Shown here: positions 18,934 to 28,506 of the stretch, piece by piece
Numbering within the stretch: position 1 is the stretch's first letter
Layout: every line of letters begins with the position of its first letter
From: Bacteroidota bacterium
GTDB lineage: Bacteria > Bacteroidota > Bacteroidia > Bacteroidales > PUMT01
DNA length: 64,000 nt
Reading direction: 5' to 3'
Assembly: GCA_037446695.1 (NCBI GenBank)
Contig: JBBIHY010000001.1
Span: forward strand, 67,026-131,025
Position numbers and translations under genes: made by a program
Notes under the pieces: generated by a model
What the model saw: only the letters and a program-made list of their open reading frames with translations
Told to the model about the DNA's origin: nothing
The model's database searches: none

Positions 18934-20507
18934 AAACCCCAGTTAATGCCAGCCGATATGGTTATGGTTTTACCATGAAACAAAGCAGGATTAAATTGCC
19001 GGACATCTCCTTTTGAATTGGCGTAAATCGCCCGGGCAAATACATAAGCATCGTTAACAATTTGATAGCTGCCCCGAAACCCCAGGCTGTTGTTTTCCCA
19101 TTTAACCTTTTCCAAAAAAGGCAAGCCCCTGCGCGCAGTAACATTCAATCCGTATTCATCGCCCTTTGTGGCATAAAGGTAAAACACCTCCAGTTTCATA
19201 GCCCTCATGGGTTTCCAGGAAAAATCCAGGTAAAATTCCTGTGAATTATCTCTCAGGTAATGGCCAAAGTTATATCCTGCAGTTTCAAAAGTTGTGGTTT
19301 CAATAATGTGCTGAAAAACAGCAGGATTTGTTCTCGTGTACTCAAATGTAAAGGATGTGTTTGGAACCAGATTGCTTAGATTCATTCCTGCCTTGGCACT
19401 GAAATAATTTGAGTGCCGTTCCTTGTTGAACATGTCCCTAATAGAAATCTCATCGATAAACCCGGTAACATAAAAATGAAAATGCTTTATCTGTCTTGAG
19501 CTGATGTCAAAAAACATTTGTGCGTTCTGGCCACCATAGTTGTTGGTGGCATAGGTATGATCAAGTGATTTATAGAAAAATACCGGTATAATATATGAAG
19601 GATTGAAACCAGGATCGGAGTAGATGGTCGAATTTCCGGCTGAAATATTGAGATTTTTTAAAGGGGTAAAGGTAAACATATTGGCCACCAGGTACTTGGG
19701 GTGATACACAATGCGTTTTCCGTTCATAATAGTATAGGTTCTTAGGGAGTCTACCACACCTGATGCGAGCCAGGCATGTACATAATTAAATTCAAACCAT
19801 TCAACCGGTTTGATTTGAATTTTCACCTGGCCAACTGAAGGTGCCCTGTCGGAGAAAATATTGGCCCCGTTATAATTATTGCCCCATGTAAAATGGTCTT
19901 TCACCATGGCAATGCTCAGCCAGTTATTTGAGAAAGTAATGCCACCGCGCATTTCGCTGTATTCATTGCCTCCCTTAAAAGAACCACCTGTCATTCTTGT
20001 AAGGTATGGCTTGTCAGAAATTCTTTCCGACTCGACATTGTCCCTCAGGCTGGCGTAAAACCCAAAATGATTGCCTATGTATGCGAATGCCTCCCCTCCG
20101 TTCCACCTGTGAAATGCTGTGCCGTTTTTATTACTGAAAAAGTTAACTCCCAATACCGGGCTAGCTGATAGGAGAAACAAAGAATCCGAATAGTAAAAAA
20201 GATCCAGGCGGGAAGGGGAGTACCTGCTTCTTTTCAGTTCCTTGTTATAATCTTTCAGGTAGAAGCTGAGTTCATTTTTTTGCCTAGGAGTGAGATAATC
20301 TTCATTCTCCTTTGCAATGGCAAGTTGTTGTGCAATGAAAATTCTGGAATAGGGTTTAATGACAGAGTTTAATGAAATAATATGCACCGAAGCCAGCTCA
20401 TCCAAAAACTCATAGATCCCTTTGTTCCCAACATGCTGATAAATGGTTTGAGAGGGAAGAATCTGACTGCTGAAAATTATTAAAATTGACAGGAGGATTT
20501 TTTTCAT
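18930..20507 (-). CDS. Outer-membrane beta-barrel protein, capsule-assembly Wzi-like
   Basis: It has a signal peptide. The N-terminal helical segment ([31 protein letters not shown]) resembles Wzi-family proteins. A long beta-strand-rich body ends in ...[10 protein letters not shown] sugar transferase gene lies next to it. Confidence 0.5.
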   Translation of the reverse strand: MKKILLSILIIFSSQILPSQTIYQHVGNKGIYEFLDELASVHIISLNSVIKPYSRIFIAQQLAIAKENEDYLTPRQKNELSFYLKDYNKELKRSRYSPSRLDLFYYSDSLFLLSASPVLGVNFFSNKNGTAFHRWNGGEAFAYIGNHFGFYASLRDNVESERISDKPYLTRMTGGSFKGGNEYSEMRGGITFSNNWLSIAMVKDHFTWGNNYNGANIFSDRAPSVGQVKIQIKPVEWFEFNYVHAWLASGVVDSLRTYTIMNGKRIVYHPKYLVANMFTFTPLKNLNISAGNSTIYSDPGFNPSYIIPVFFYKSLDHTYATNNYGGQNAQMFFDISSRQIKHFHFYVTGFIDEISIRDMFNKERHSNYFSAKAGMNLSNLVPNTSFTFEYTRTNPAVFQHIIETTTFETAGYNFGHYLRDNSQEFYLDFSWKPMRAMKLEVFYLYATKGDEYGLNVTARRGLPFLEKVKWENNSLGFRGSYQIVNDAYVFARAIYANSKGDVRQFNPALFHGKTITISAGINWGF

Positions 20508-20571
20508 GAATCAGGAGTTAGGAATGCGGTTGTTAAAATTAGAACATTTTCACAAATTTAACCGCATGGTA

Positions 20572-21606
20572 TTACCTGCTTCTGGCTTTGCGGAAAACAA
20601 TGTTAAAGACTGCCCTGAAAAAATAGCGGAAGTTTGTTATAAAGGGACGCTTTTCATATTGCTCAAGAAAGCGCATTTCAGATGCCATTATTTCGTCAAG
20701 TGTTTTTGGCAAGTCAGCGTAATAGGGAGGAATCAGGCCGGGTTTATATTTCACCCTCTTTTCCTGCAGTTCTTTTGAGTAAAGGCTGAAATAATGTCTG
20801 CTAATGGGGCGAACTCCAACCAGCTTCAAATCACCCTTCAGCAAGTTAAAAAGCATGGGCAATTCGTCCAGCCAGAATTTTCTCATGATCTTCCCCAGGG
20901 TAGTTATCCTGAAATCATTCCTGAATTTTCCACCCGTTTCCAGCCGGTTCTTTTTGTAGATATAATCCTGAAGATATTCTGAAAAAGGATGCATGGTTCT
21001 CATTTTGTAAACAGTAAGTGGTACTCCGTTCTTGCCAATTCTTTCAAGCCTCACAATAAGGCCATAAGTAGGATGTGGATCATGGCTGGGAGCACCATTC
21101 TTTTTTGCAACAAAATACATGTGTTTATTGATAAAAGCCTCTGTGACAATTTCAAAGCCACAGGAAATTAGCCTTCCGAGTGTTTCCGCCCTGGAAATAA
21201 CCCGGTTTTGTCCCCTGGTGAGAAAAAAGTAAATGCTTTTGGTGACAGGAAACTTTGGAAAGACCCTCTTAATGATAAAATCAAAGAAATAGTATATGAA
21301 ATTGAATGGAGGGATAAATTTTTTGAAGATTCTTTGCTTTCTTAAATCTTTCGTTTCAACACAACCGACAAATACACCACCGGTTACCAGTTTCTCATTT
21401 ACCGCGTGGAAAAACTGGTTCACATACCTGATGTCATTTATTCTTGTTAGGTTAACAATATATTCAAGGGAAGTATTCTGATGTTTCTCAATGTTGAACT
21501 GGTTTGTTGTGGAAACAATAAGCTTCCTGCGGCTTTTAAGATTTACAAAATAATTGATAAACCTGTAAACCCTTTCACCAGCTTCCCGTATAATTTGTTC
21601 TCTCAT
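20572..21606 (-). CDS. Bacterial sugar transferase (polyprenyl-phosphate glycosyl-1-phosphate transferase family)
   Basis: The C-terminal half (GKNGVPLTVYKMRTMH......FRNDFRITTLGKIMRKFWLDELPMLFNLLKGDLKLVGVRP) matches the PF02397-type catalytic core. Confidence 0.8.
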   Translation of the reverse strand: MREQIIREAGERVYRFINYFVNLKSRRKLIVSTTNQFNIEKHQNTSLEYIVNLTRINDIRYVNQFFHAVNEKLVTGGVFVGCVETKDLRKQRIFKKFIPPFNFIYYFFDFIIKRVFPKFPVTKSIYFFLTRGQNRVISRAETLGRLISCGFEIVTEAFINKHMYFVAKKNGAPSHDPHPTYGLIVRLERIGKNGVPLTVYKMRTMHPFSEYLQDYIYKKNRLETGGKFRNDFRITTLGKIMRKFWLDELPMLFNLLKGDLKLVGVRPISRHYFSLYSKELQEKRVKYKPGLIPPYYADLPKTLDEIMASEMRFLEQYEKRPFITNFRYFFRAVFNIVFRKARSR

Positions 21607-21995
21607 CTGAAATTCAGATATTTGGCGATTTTACTAAAATACGGGGTTTAACCCCCGCAGTTAAAACCAAATTTAAATTATACGCATAGAAGCACAAGAA
21701 GGTTTGAGAAATTATCCAATTTATTAAATATAAATGCTCCGGTGATATGGGGCCGGAGATTCAGAATTCCATGGGTAGGCGTAATTCAGTTACAGTGTGG
21801 TCCGAAATCGGGCCCATCGGCATTGGTTGTAAGGAAGTACCTTTTTCCGTTCAGAAAATATTTTTGGTCCCTGAATTCAAGGTTGTATCCTCAAACCTGA
21901 AATGACGGAATTTTCAAGGGATAAATTCATTATTTTGATTAATTTGGCTGTAATATTTCAGGTTTCAGCCTGACATATTTCACATTCTTTTAGTT

Positions 21996-22517
21996 TTGGG
22001 TGAATTGGACGAACAACAATTAAAGAATCAATTTGTCGGGACGATTTCCCGGAACCAGGGGATACTTCATAAAATCAGTTCCTTGTATTGCAATGATCCT
22101 GAGGAAAGGAAGGATCTTTTCCAGGAAATACTTTACCAGTTATGGAGAAGCTATCCCTCGTTCAGGAATGAATCCAAGGTGAGTACATGGATTTACAGGG
22201 TGGCACTGAATACTGCCATCACGTTTCTGCGAAAGCAAAAATCCAAAACGGATCCTGGTCTGCTCTCAGAGAAACTTCCCGACCTGGCTGACGATAATGA
22301 GCAGGAATTAAAAGACCGGCAATTCCAGCTGCTTTACAAATCCATAGAAGCATTGGGAAAAGTGGAAAAGGCTATAATAATGCTTTACCTGGAGGGAGCC
22401 AGCTACGAAGAAATTGGTGAAATTATTGGCATCACCAGCAATCATGTGGGTGTAAAGCTGAACAGGATAAAAATAAAACTCAAGTCGCTAATCAATCATT
22501 TGGACAATGAAAACTGA
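21996..22517 (+). CDS. ECF-type RNA polymerase sigma-70 factor
   Basis: Region 2 (DLFQEILYQLWRSYPSFRNESKVSTWIYRVALNTAITFLRKQ) and the region 4 HTH (ASYEEIGEIIGITSNHVGVKLNRIK) are present. The start is an apparent TTG. Confidence 0.85.
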   Translation: MGELDEQQLKNQFVGTISRNQGILHKISSLYCNDPEERKDLFQEILYQLWRSYPSFRNESKVSTWIYRVALNTAITFLRKQKSKTDPGLLSEKLPDLADDNEQELKDRQFQLLYKSIEALGKVEKAIIMLYLEGASYEEIGEIIGITSNHVGVKLNRIKIKLKSLINHLDNEN

Positions 22518-23160
22518 CAAACTTCGTGAGATTTGGAAATTTTTTCCCCTGGGCAAAGAGGGTGCAGTAGAATATACTGAGGAAGAACTCCTTGCAATGC
22601 TAAAGAACAGGGCTGAACTCTCAATTAAAAGGCTTAACAGGAGCATTTTTTTTGAGACTATCTCCACTTTTATAGCTTTTGTTGTTATTGTGATTTTTTT
22701 CTTTCAGTTGAACAGCTTTGTTTTTATAAAATGGGGCGGGGCATTTATCATAGCACTAATTGTTTTGTATTTTGGGCTTTTAGGGTGGCTTTACCAGCAA
22801 TTAAACAGTATAGCACTTTTTTCGGTTGATATGAAGCTTGCATTGGAAAAAAAGGTGCGGATTCTTAAGCGTTTTGTGAACCTCTATTTCTGGATGAATA
22901 TGGCTGTGGCTCCTGTTGTTTTTCCTATAGCAGTTTTCACAGGCCAATTTACTGGCAGAAATGAATCAGAACTGTTCCATGAAAACTTTAGTTTATCTGA
23001 ACCATATTTTTTGATACCGCTTGTAGTATCCTTTGTACTTATTTTATTGTTTTACCCTTTCCTTAAATGGTATATTAAAAAGTTATACGGAAGGCATGTA
23101 AAGGATTTGGAAGAATGCCTGGCGGGATTATCAGAAGGTAATGCCGAAGAAAAATCCTGA
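22507..23160 (+). CDS. Membrane protein translationally coupled to the ECF sigma factor (candidate anti-sigma factor)
   Basis: It overlaps the sigma gene by 11 nt. A cytoplasmic N-terminal ~45 aa is followed by about four TM helices. No recognisable zinc-finger anti-sigma motif is present, so the function is inferred from position only. Confidence 0.4.
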   Translation: MKTDKLREIWKFFPLGKEGAVEYTEEELLAMLKNRAELSIKRLNRSIFFETISTFIAFVVIVIFFFQLNSFVFIKWGGAFIIALIVLYFGLLGWLYQQLNSIALFSVDMKLALEKKVRILKRFVNLYFWMNMAVAPVVFPIAVFTGQFTGRNESELFHENFSLSEPYFLIPLVVSFVLILLFYPFLKWYIKKLYGRHVKDLEECLAGLSEGNAEEKS

Positions 23161-23356
23161 TGAAGTTTTCCGGATATTTTTGGTATACAGGCAGCTATAT
23201 GAGTCACTTGCCTTCCTTTACTAAGCAAAAGACATAGTTGCTCTGAAACAGTTTTCCCAATTATCAAGAGGGCTTGTTGATAACTAAGACCACTGAAGAC
23301 TTGCCGCACACTCCTATTATTTCATAACTTTGAAACTAAGCTTTTTCAATCATTCC

Positions 23357-26131
23357 ATGTTCAGAAAGTTTATTATTTCAGCCGGCGTTGTTCTTAGTTT
23401 GTTTGTGATTGCAACAGCCTATTTTTTTCTGCAAAAGCAAACCATTAAATCTCAAAACCCTCTTTACGCAATTGGACAGGAGGCTGCTCTTGTTTTACAA
23501 ACCGGCAATGGTTACGGATTGATTCATAAATTTTTGAATGAGAATATTTTCTGGGATGAATTTGCCACAACTGTAACATTCAGCGATTTTCACAAAAGAT
23601 TGTTTTTCATAGATTCTGTTTCAAGGAATGATGCGGTGATTTCCGAATGGCTTGCAGGAAGGGAATTACAAATAGCAGTATTCCCTGCCAAAAGAAATAA
23701 GCCAGGGATTTTGATGCTGCTTCAGGCCCCCTCATCTGGCCAGGTTAGAAAGATGACTCAAAAAATTTCGTCACTGGCAGGAAAGGATGCACGGGTTTCC
23801 TCCCGCAATGTTAAGGGGGTAAAAATAAATGATGTAGAATTCAGGGAAGGAAGTCGCATGCGGGATTTTTCATTTGCCTCCTCCAACGGGTTACTTTTAT
23901 TAAGTTCAGACCGAAGCCTGCTTGAGAATTCCCTTGAAGTGATCGATTCTCAAAATTCTATTTTTCATAATGAAGCCTTCAAGAGGGTTTATTCCACAGC
24001 AGGAAAGAATGTGGATGCAAATGTTTTTATCAACTATCGCAACTTCTCAACCCTTGCAGCCCAATCAATTGCAAAAGATAAGAGCAATGTACTTCCGTTT
24101 CTTTCCACCCTCTCTGGTTGGGGAGAGATGGACCTTCATATCAGGAATGACGGAATTTTACTCAATGGGTTTTCATTTGCAAAGAGCATGGATGAAGGAT
24201 ATCTGAATGTTTTTCTTCGTCAGGATCCCCAGAAGATGACAATTGACAGACTTGTTCCTGTTAATGCGGCTGCATTCATTGCTTTGGGAATTAGTAACCC
24301 GGAATTTTTCAGGGCTGATTATCTTGATTACCTGGTATCGGTTGGCAGGATCCAAGCGCAGAACGAAAAACTTGATCAGGTAATTGAAGAATTCAGAATG
24401 GATCTGGATGCCGTATTTTATGAATTCATGGATAAAGAGATTGCTGCCGTATTTTTTGAAACCGGACGGGCAGCTGATAAAATGCAATCGGCATTGATAG
24501 TATCTGTAAAAAGCCGTTCCATGGCACAAACAGCCTTGTCAAACATGCTGGAGCAGTTTGCAAAAAGCAAAAACAGACAGTTGGAAGATTACATAAGAAA
24601 ATTCCAATTTGACAGCGAGACAATATTTGAAATTTATGAAATGCCCGTAAATTATACCGGAGAAATACTATTCGGGGATTTATTTTCGGGCATTGAAACA
24701 CGCTTCTTCACTTTTTTTGATAATTACCTTTTATTTGGAAGCTCATACGAAGGTCTCACATACTTTGTAAGGGAAGCAGCCCTGAACAAAACCCTCCAAA
24801 CCAATATTGCCTACAGAAAGTTCAGCGAGACGATTTCCGGAAAAAGCAACCTTTATTTTTACCTGAACCTCGAAAATGCAAAAGCGCTTTTAAGTGGTTA
24901 CCTCGAAGGAAGTGCGAAGACGATAGTTTCAAAGGATTTTGAAACTTTACGGAAAATTCAGGCTGTTACATTGCAGTTCAGCTCCGGCAGAAACATGATT
25001 TATCAGAATTTGTATGCCGGGTATCGTCCATATCTTGAAAACAAACCCTTAACCACCTGGGAAACTGTATTGGATGCTGCTGTGAATTTTAAGCCCTATC
25101 TTGTCAGAAATCACAATACGGGAGAAAATGAGATCTTTATTCAGGACATTCTCAACAATATTTACCTGATAAACCGAAACGGACAGATCCTTTGGAAAAA
25201 ACAGCTTCCGGAATCCATTCAGGGAGAAGTCTTCCAGATAGACTATTATAAAAACCGCAAACTGCAGTACCTGTTCAACACCAAACACTTTATTTACCTG
25301 GTGGACAGAAATGGCGATTTTGTAGACAGGTTCCCGGTAAGGCTGCCCTCACCGGCCACAAGTCCCCTGGCCGTGTTTGACTACGACAGGACCAGGGATT
25401 ACAGGCTCTTTATTACCAGTGAGGACAGGAATGTTTATGCCTTTACTAAAGAAGGAGCAATTCTGAAAGGCTGGGAGTTTCAGGGCACTGAAAACCTGGT
25501 ATCCACCCCGGTGCAGCATATAAAAATCGGTACGAGGGATTACATAGTTGTTGCCGATAAATACCGCATTTATATTCTGGATCGCAGGGGCAACCACCGC
25601 GTAAAAGTGCAGGGTAATTTTCAGAGATCAGAAAACAACCCTGTAGTGTTTGAACCCAAAACAGCCAGAAGCGACCCAAGACTTGTTACAACCGATGAAC
25701 AGGGGAATGTATGGTTTGTTTACTTTGACGGTAAAATGGATTCTATGCGGCTTGGGAATTATTCTTCAGGTCATTTTTTCGATTACCTGGATATGGATGC
25801 AAACGGTTACAGGGATTTTATATTCATCGATGGAAACAGGCTGAATGTTTATAGGAATAACCGTACTAAATTATTCTCTTACCAGTTTGTACACAATATT
25901 GAAACGGCTCCTGCATATTACCAGTTTAGTGCACACGATCGAAAACTCGGGGTAGTAGACAGAAAGGATAACCAGATCTACCTTTTTAACGGGAACGGAT
26001 CCATTTACAGGGGTTTTCCCCTGAAAGGCCGTTCGCCCTTTACAATCGGATACCTGAAACAACAGGGAGGATCTTTTAACCTTTTAGTGGGCTCTGAAGG
26101 GAACCTTCTGTACAATTATACCGTAAAATAG
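23357..26131 (+). CDS. Large N-terminally anchored protein with C-terminal beta-propeller-like repeats (function unknown)
   Basis: The likely start is MFRKFIISAGVVLSLFVIATAYFFL, an N-terminal TM anchor reached from the ATG at 23357. The C-terminal ~350 aa carry repeated strand motifs (IYLINRNGQILW, IYLVDRNGDFV, VYAFTKEGAILKGW, IYILDRRGNHRV, IYLFNGNGSIYRGFP) typical of PQQ/BamB-like propellers. Confidence 0.7.
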   Translation: MFRKFIISAGVVLSLFVIATAYFFLQKQTIKSQNPLYAIGQEAALVLQTGNGYGLIHKFLNENIFWDEFATTVTFSDFHKRLFFIDSVSRNDAVISEWLAGRELQIAVFPAKRNKPGILMLLQAPSSGQVRKMTQKISSLAGKDARVSSRNVKGVKINDVEFREGSRMRDFSFASSNGLLLLSSDRSLLENSLEVIDSQNSIFHNEAFKRVYSTAGKNVDANVFINYRNFSTLAAQSIAKDKSNVLPFLSTLSGWGEMDLHIRNDGILLNGFSFAKSMDEGYLNVFLRQDPQKMTIDRLVPVNAAAFIALGISNPEFFRADYLDYLVSVGRIQAQNEKLDQVIEEFRMDLDAVFYEFMDKEIAAVFFETGRAADKMQSALIVSVKSRSMAQTALSNMLEQFAKSKNRQLEDYIRKFQFDSETIFEIYEMPVNYTGEILFGDLFSGIETRFFTFFDNYLLFGSSYEGLTYFVREAALNKTLQTNIAYRKFSETISGKSNLYFYLNLENAKALLSGYLEGSAKTIVSKDFETLRKIQAVTLQFSSGRNMIYQNLYAGYRPYLENKPLTTWETVLDAAVNFKPYLVRNHNTGENEIFIQDILNNIYLINRNGQILWKKQLPESIQGEVFQIDYYKNRKLQYLFNTKHFIYLVDRNGDFVDRFPVRLPSPATSPLAVFDYDRTRDYRLFITSEDRNVYAFTKEGAILKGWEFQGTENLVSTPVQHIKIGTRDYIVVADKYRIYILDRRGNHRVKVQGNFQRSENNPVVFEPKTARSDPRLVTTDEQGNVWFVYFDGKMDSMRLGNYSSGHFFDYLDMDANGYRDFIFIDGNRLNVYRNNRTKLFSYQFVHNIETAPAYYQFSAHDRKLGVVDRKDNQIYLFNGNGSIYRGFPLKGRSPFTIGYLKQQGGSFNLLVGSEGNLLYNYTVK

Positions 26132-26168
26132 TAGATATCAGTTAATTCTAAAATCACAAGGCTGTAGT

Positions 26169-26650
26169 TTATAAATGCATTGCTTTTAACATTTGATATT
26201 TTTCTTCAATTGTTCGGTATCGCGTGAGGCTCAAAAGGTTAACTTTTGAGTACTTTACAACTTCTTCTGAAGGTCTAAGCGAACTCTTGACCGATTGCTG
26301 TACTCTGTACCAGGTAAAATAGTTCTGGAGGTATTTTGTGGAAACTCCCCCAAAAGTTGAGTCAATCCCCTTCATCACCCGATTATGCAAAGAGGTTACA
26401 GTTTGTATGTGATAGACACCATTCTTCACATAATGCTAAAGATCTGCACGTAGCAACACCAATGGAAGCTGGTTGTCCTGCGCAAAGACCCCTTATAACT
26501 TACATGCCCTTCAGGGCATAGGATGGAGTCCTTTTCAATTCGGTTCCCTTTGGCGTTTTCGATGTCAACTTTGTTTATGCACCCGAGCGTGGCGACCTGC
26601 ATATCCATTGCCCCCTTTGATGAATCCGGCCTACATGCCCAACTATTCAT
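26169..26650 (-). mobile_element. IS1595/ISXO2-like transposase remnant (C-terminal part only, frameshifted)
   Basis: NGVYHIQTVTSLHNRVMKGIDSTFGGVSTKYLQNYFTWYRV resembles the C-terminal H.N.IE...K....G.....S.K.L..Y..EF.FR block of ISXO2-like transposases as I recall it. The upstream piece (CPEGHVSYKGS...) is in another frame. The N-terminal zinc-ribbon and DDE portion is absent. Confidence 0.5.
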
Positions 26651-27925
26651 TATACCTGGGGTTGCCGGCTCTTGGTGGATTCAATGCAAATCTCAGCAGC
26701 AATTTTATTTCTAATAACGATGTAATTTTTAAGCATCCAACCTATGATTCGCTTATCCTCTTCCTGCATCCCGATGCCGATTTGGATGAGTTCATCGGGA
26801 AACTAAAAGACAGGAACCGTTTAATGCCCGAAGTTTCCGTTAATTCCCTGATGTTTGGATTCAGGACAGGCAAATCTTTCTTTTCTTTTCAGATTGCAGA
26901 AAGAAGCCGCCTTGGGGCCTCCCTGCCAAAGGATATTATTGAACTGGGTTTGAAGGGTAATGAGCAATTTGCCGGAAGAACAGCCGATTTTTCAAAGTTT
27001 GGCATAGAATTTAGTTATTTCAGGAAATATTCTCTGGGTTTTGCCACAAAGGTAAATGACATGATACAGGTGGGAGCAAGGGGGAAGCTATTATTCGGTA
27101 AAGGAAATATTCAGCTTGCCAACCACAATATGAGTATCTATACCGACCCCGATACCTATAATATGCAGTTCAGGGCAAAGTTGGATCTGAATGTTTCTGC
27201 ACCAATAATTTTACAATATGATAATGAAGGAAAACTACGGCCTTGAGTTTGATGAGGATAATTTTGACCCTATGAAATACCTGCTAAGCAATAAGAATAT
27301 GGGTTTTGCCTTCGAGATGGGGATAGTGTTTAAACCTATAAAAAATCTGTCAGTTTCTGTCGCAATTACTGATTTAGGCTGTATCAGATGGAACCGCGAT
27401 GTGAAAAACATTTCCATGGACGGTGAGTTTGAGTTTAACGGATTTGATTTTTCACCCTTCTTTGAATATGGTAATGAAGATGATCCCTTTGATTTGTTGC
27501 TGGATTCTTTAGCGAAGGTTTTTGAGATAAGTGATACACAAAATGAATATACTACGGGACTGGGAACAAAAGTTCAACTGGGTGCCAGTTATCAGCTGAC
27601 CAAGGGAATAAATGCGGGCTTTTTATCAAAGACAGAATTTTACAGAAAAAAATTGATGCAATCCGTTACACTTTCTGCCAATATGGAGGTGGGCCTTGTT
27701 TTATCCACTCATGTAAGTTATTCTATACACCACAACACATATGATAATTTTGGTCTTGGCCTTGGATTCAGGGGAGGCCCCCTTCTTTTGTATCTGTTTT
27801 CTGATAATGTGACCGGCCTCTTTCTCCCCCAACGGGCGCAGACAGCAAATTTGCTTTTTGGATTGAATTTTGTTTTTGGGTACAAAACCGAAAATAAAAA
27901 GGCCGGGAGCCAACCTTTCTTCTAG
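26620..27925 (+). pseudogene. Outer-membrane beta-barrel-like protein gene, 5' truncated and frameshifted
   Basis: Two overlapping ORFs (26473-27246 in frame 1, 27218-27925 in frame 2) read through as one protein (...APIILQYDNEG / ENYGLEFDEDNFDP...). The frame change lies within 27209-27243. No signal peptide is present, because the 5' end abuts the IS remnant. The C-terminus ends ...LLFGLNFVFGYK...QPFF. Confidence 0.6.
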
Positions 27926-27954
27926 TATATTAAGATGTATGGTTAAGAATTCAG

Positions 27955-27987
27955 ACGGCAGGGAAATATTAACCTGCCGTTTTTTTC
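27955..27987 (+). terminator. Rho-independent terminator
   Basis: ACGGCAGG (27955-27962), a 10-nt loop and CCTGCCGT (27973-27980) are followed by TTTTTTT (27981-27987). Confidence 0.7.
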
Positions 27988-28047
27988 AGGATTTCTCTAT
28001 GCTTCCCCAAAAAAACTTAAATTTGTCAATCAGTTTTACAGAATAAA

Positions 28048-28311
28048 ATGGCAGGATTTATAAGATTTCTCCTCATCGTCCTCCTGGTTTACCTTATAAC
28101 CATTCTTTTTTTGAGGTATATTTTCCCTTTTATACTGCGGTTGTTTGTTAAAAGGATGTCTGACCGTGCCCGAAAACAATTTGAAAGGGAGTACAGGAAA
28201 GAAGAAAGGCAAAAAAAAGGGGATGTTTCCATTGATTATCAGCCTCCTGCGAGTAAGAAGATCGACAAGGATGCAGGAGATTATATTCCTTATGAGGAGA
28301 TGAATGAGTAG
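28048..28311 (+). CDS. DUF4834-like small membrane protein
   Basis: An N-terminal TM helix is followed by a Lys/Arg/Glu-rich linker and a C-terminal ...GDYIPYEEMNE, which resembles the GEYVD[FY]EE tail of DUF4834 proteins. Confidence 0.65.
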   Translation: MAGFIRFLLIVLLVYLITILFLRYIFPFILRLFVKRMSDRARKQFEREYRKEERQKKGDVSIDYQPPASKKIDKDAGDYIPYEEMNE

Positions 28312-28396
28312 AGTTATACCAGAACAATAATTCTTTATTATAATATCAGAATTAGCTAAAAAAACAGGCATAACATTTTCAATGGATCAGATACCA

Positions 28397-28506
28397 CATG
28401 ATGAAACACCCATTATAGTGCCCAGGCACAAACACGGATGAACAAACTTTGGGTGTTCCCTGTCTGCCGTCAGGCAGGCATCATACCTTTTAAAACTAAT
28501 TTTAAA
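28397..28506 (+). promoter_or_regulatory. Inverted-repeat leader/operator element, copy A (shared with 39912-40006)
   Basis: ATGAAACACCCAT (28401-28413) and TGGGTGTTCC (28450-28459) are inverted boxes. CACAAACAC lies at 28427-28435. An extra 8-bp hairpin lies at 28461-28480. The segment CATCATACCTTTTAAAACTAATTTTAAA runs into ATGATG at 28507. It aligns block by block with the reverse complement of copy B. Confidence 0.5.

Noticed and set aside
21747-21905. A relatively GC-rich patch with a 52-codon ORF lies in the 389-bp gap between the sugar transferase and ECF sigma genes. A minus-strand fragment there reads GYNLEFRDQKYFLNGKRYFLTTNADGP.
   Set aside because: It has no start or signal features and no recognisable family. 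It may be a gene relic or an ncRNA, but I cannot support either from the sequence alone.
22201-22216. A TGGCAC...CTGC sequence resembles a sigma-54 -24/-12 promoter. A second TGGCAC-TG-TTGCA lies at 35198-35210.
   Set aside because: Both lie inside coding sequences. The GG-to-GC spacing is wrong (off by one at the first site and 3 nt too short at the second). The second site is also on the wrong strand for any nearby gene.
23052-23309. An 85-codon minus-strand ORF spans the 3' end of the membrane-protein gene and the following intergenic region.
   Set aside because: It has no motifs, overlaps a better-supported CDS and has atypical composition. It is probably spurious.
26473-26619. The ORF-track ORF has an N-terminal extension (MSCAKTPYNLHALQGIGWSPFQFGSLWRF...) ahead of MNPAYMP.
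   Set aside because: This stretch is the antisense of the transposase remnant. It has no signal-peptide character and is an open frame by accident rather than part of the original barrel gene.
28036-28371. A 111-codon minus-strand ORF lies opposite the DUF4834-like gene.
   Set aside because: The plus-strand product has a coherent architecture (TM helix, charged linker, GDYIPYEE tail). The minus-strand translation is an antisense artefact of a Lys/Glu-rich region.
28382-28441. The shared upstream element could be read as a leader peptide: MDQIPHDETPIIVPRHKHG* in copy A, plus a short MMKHPL* ORF.
   Set aside because: Copy B has no equivalent start codon in that frame, and the peptide sequences diverge outside the conserved nucleotide boxes. 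Conservation is at the nucleotide and structure level, not the coding level.
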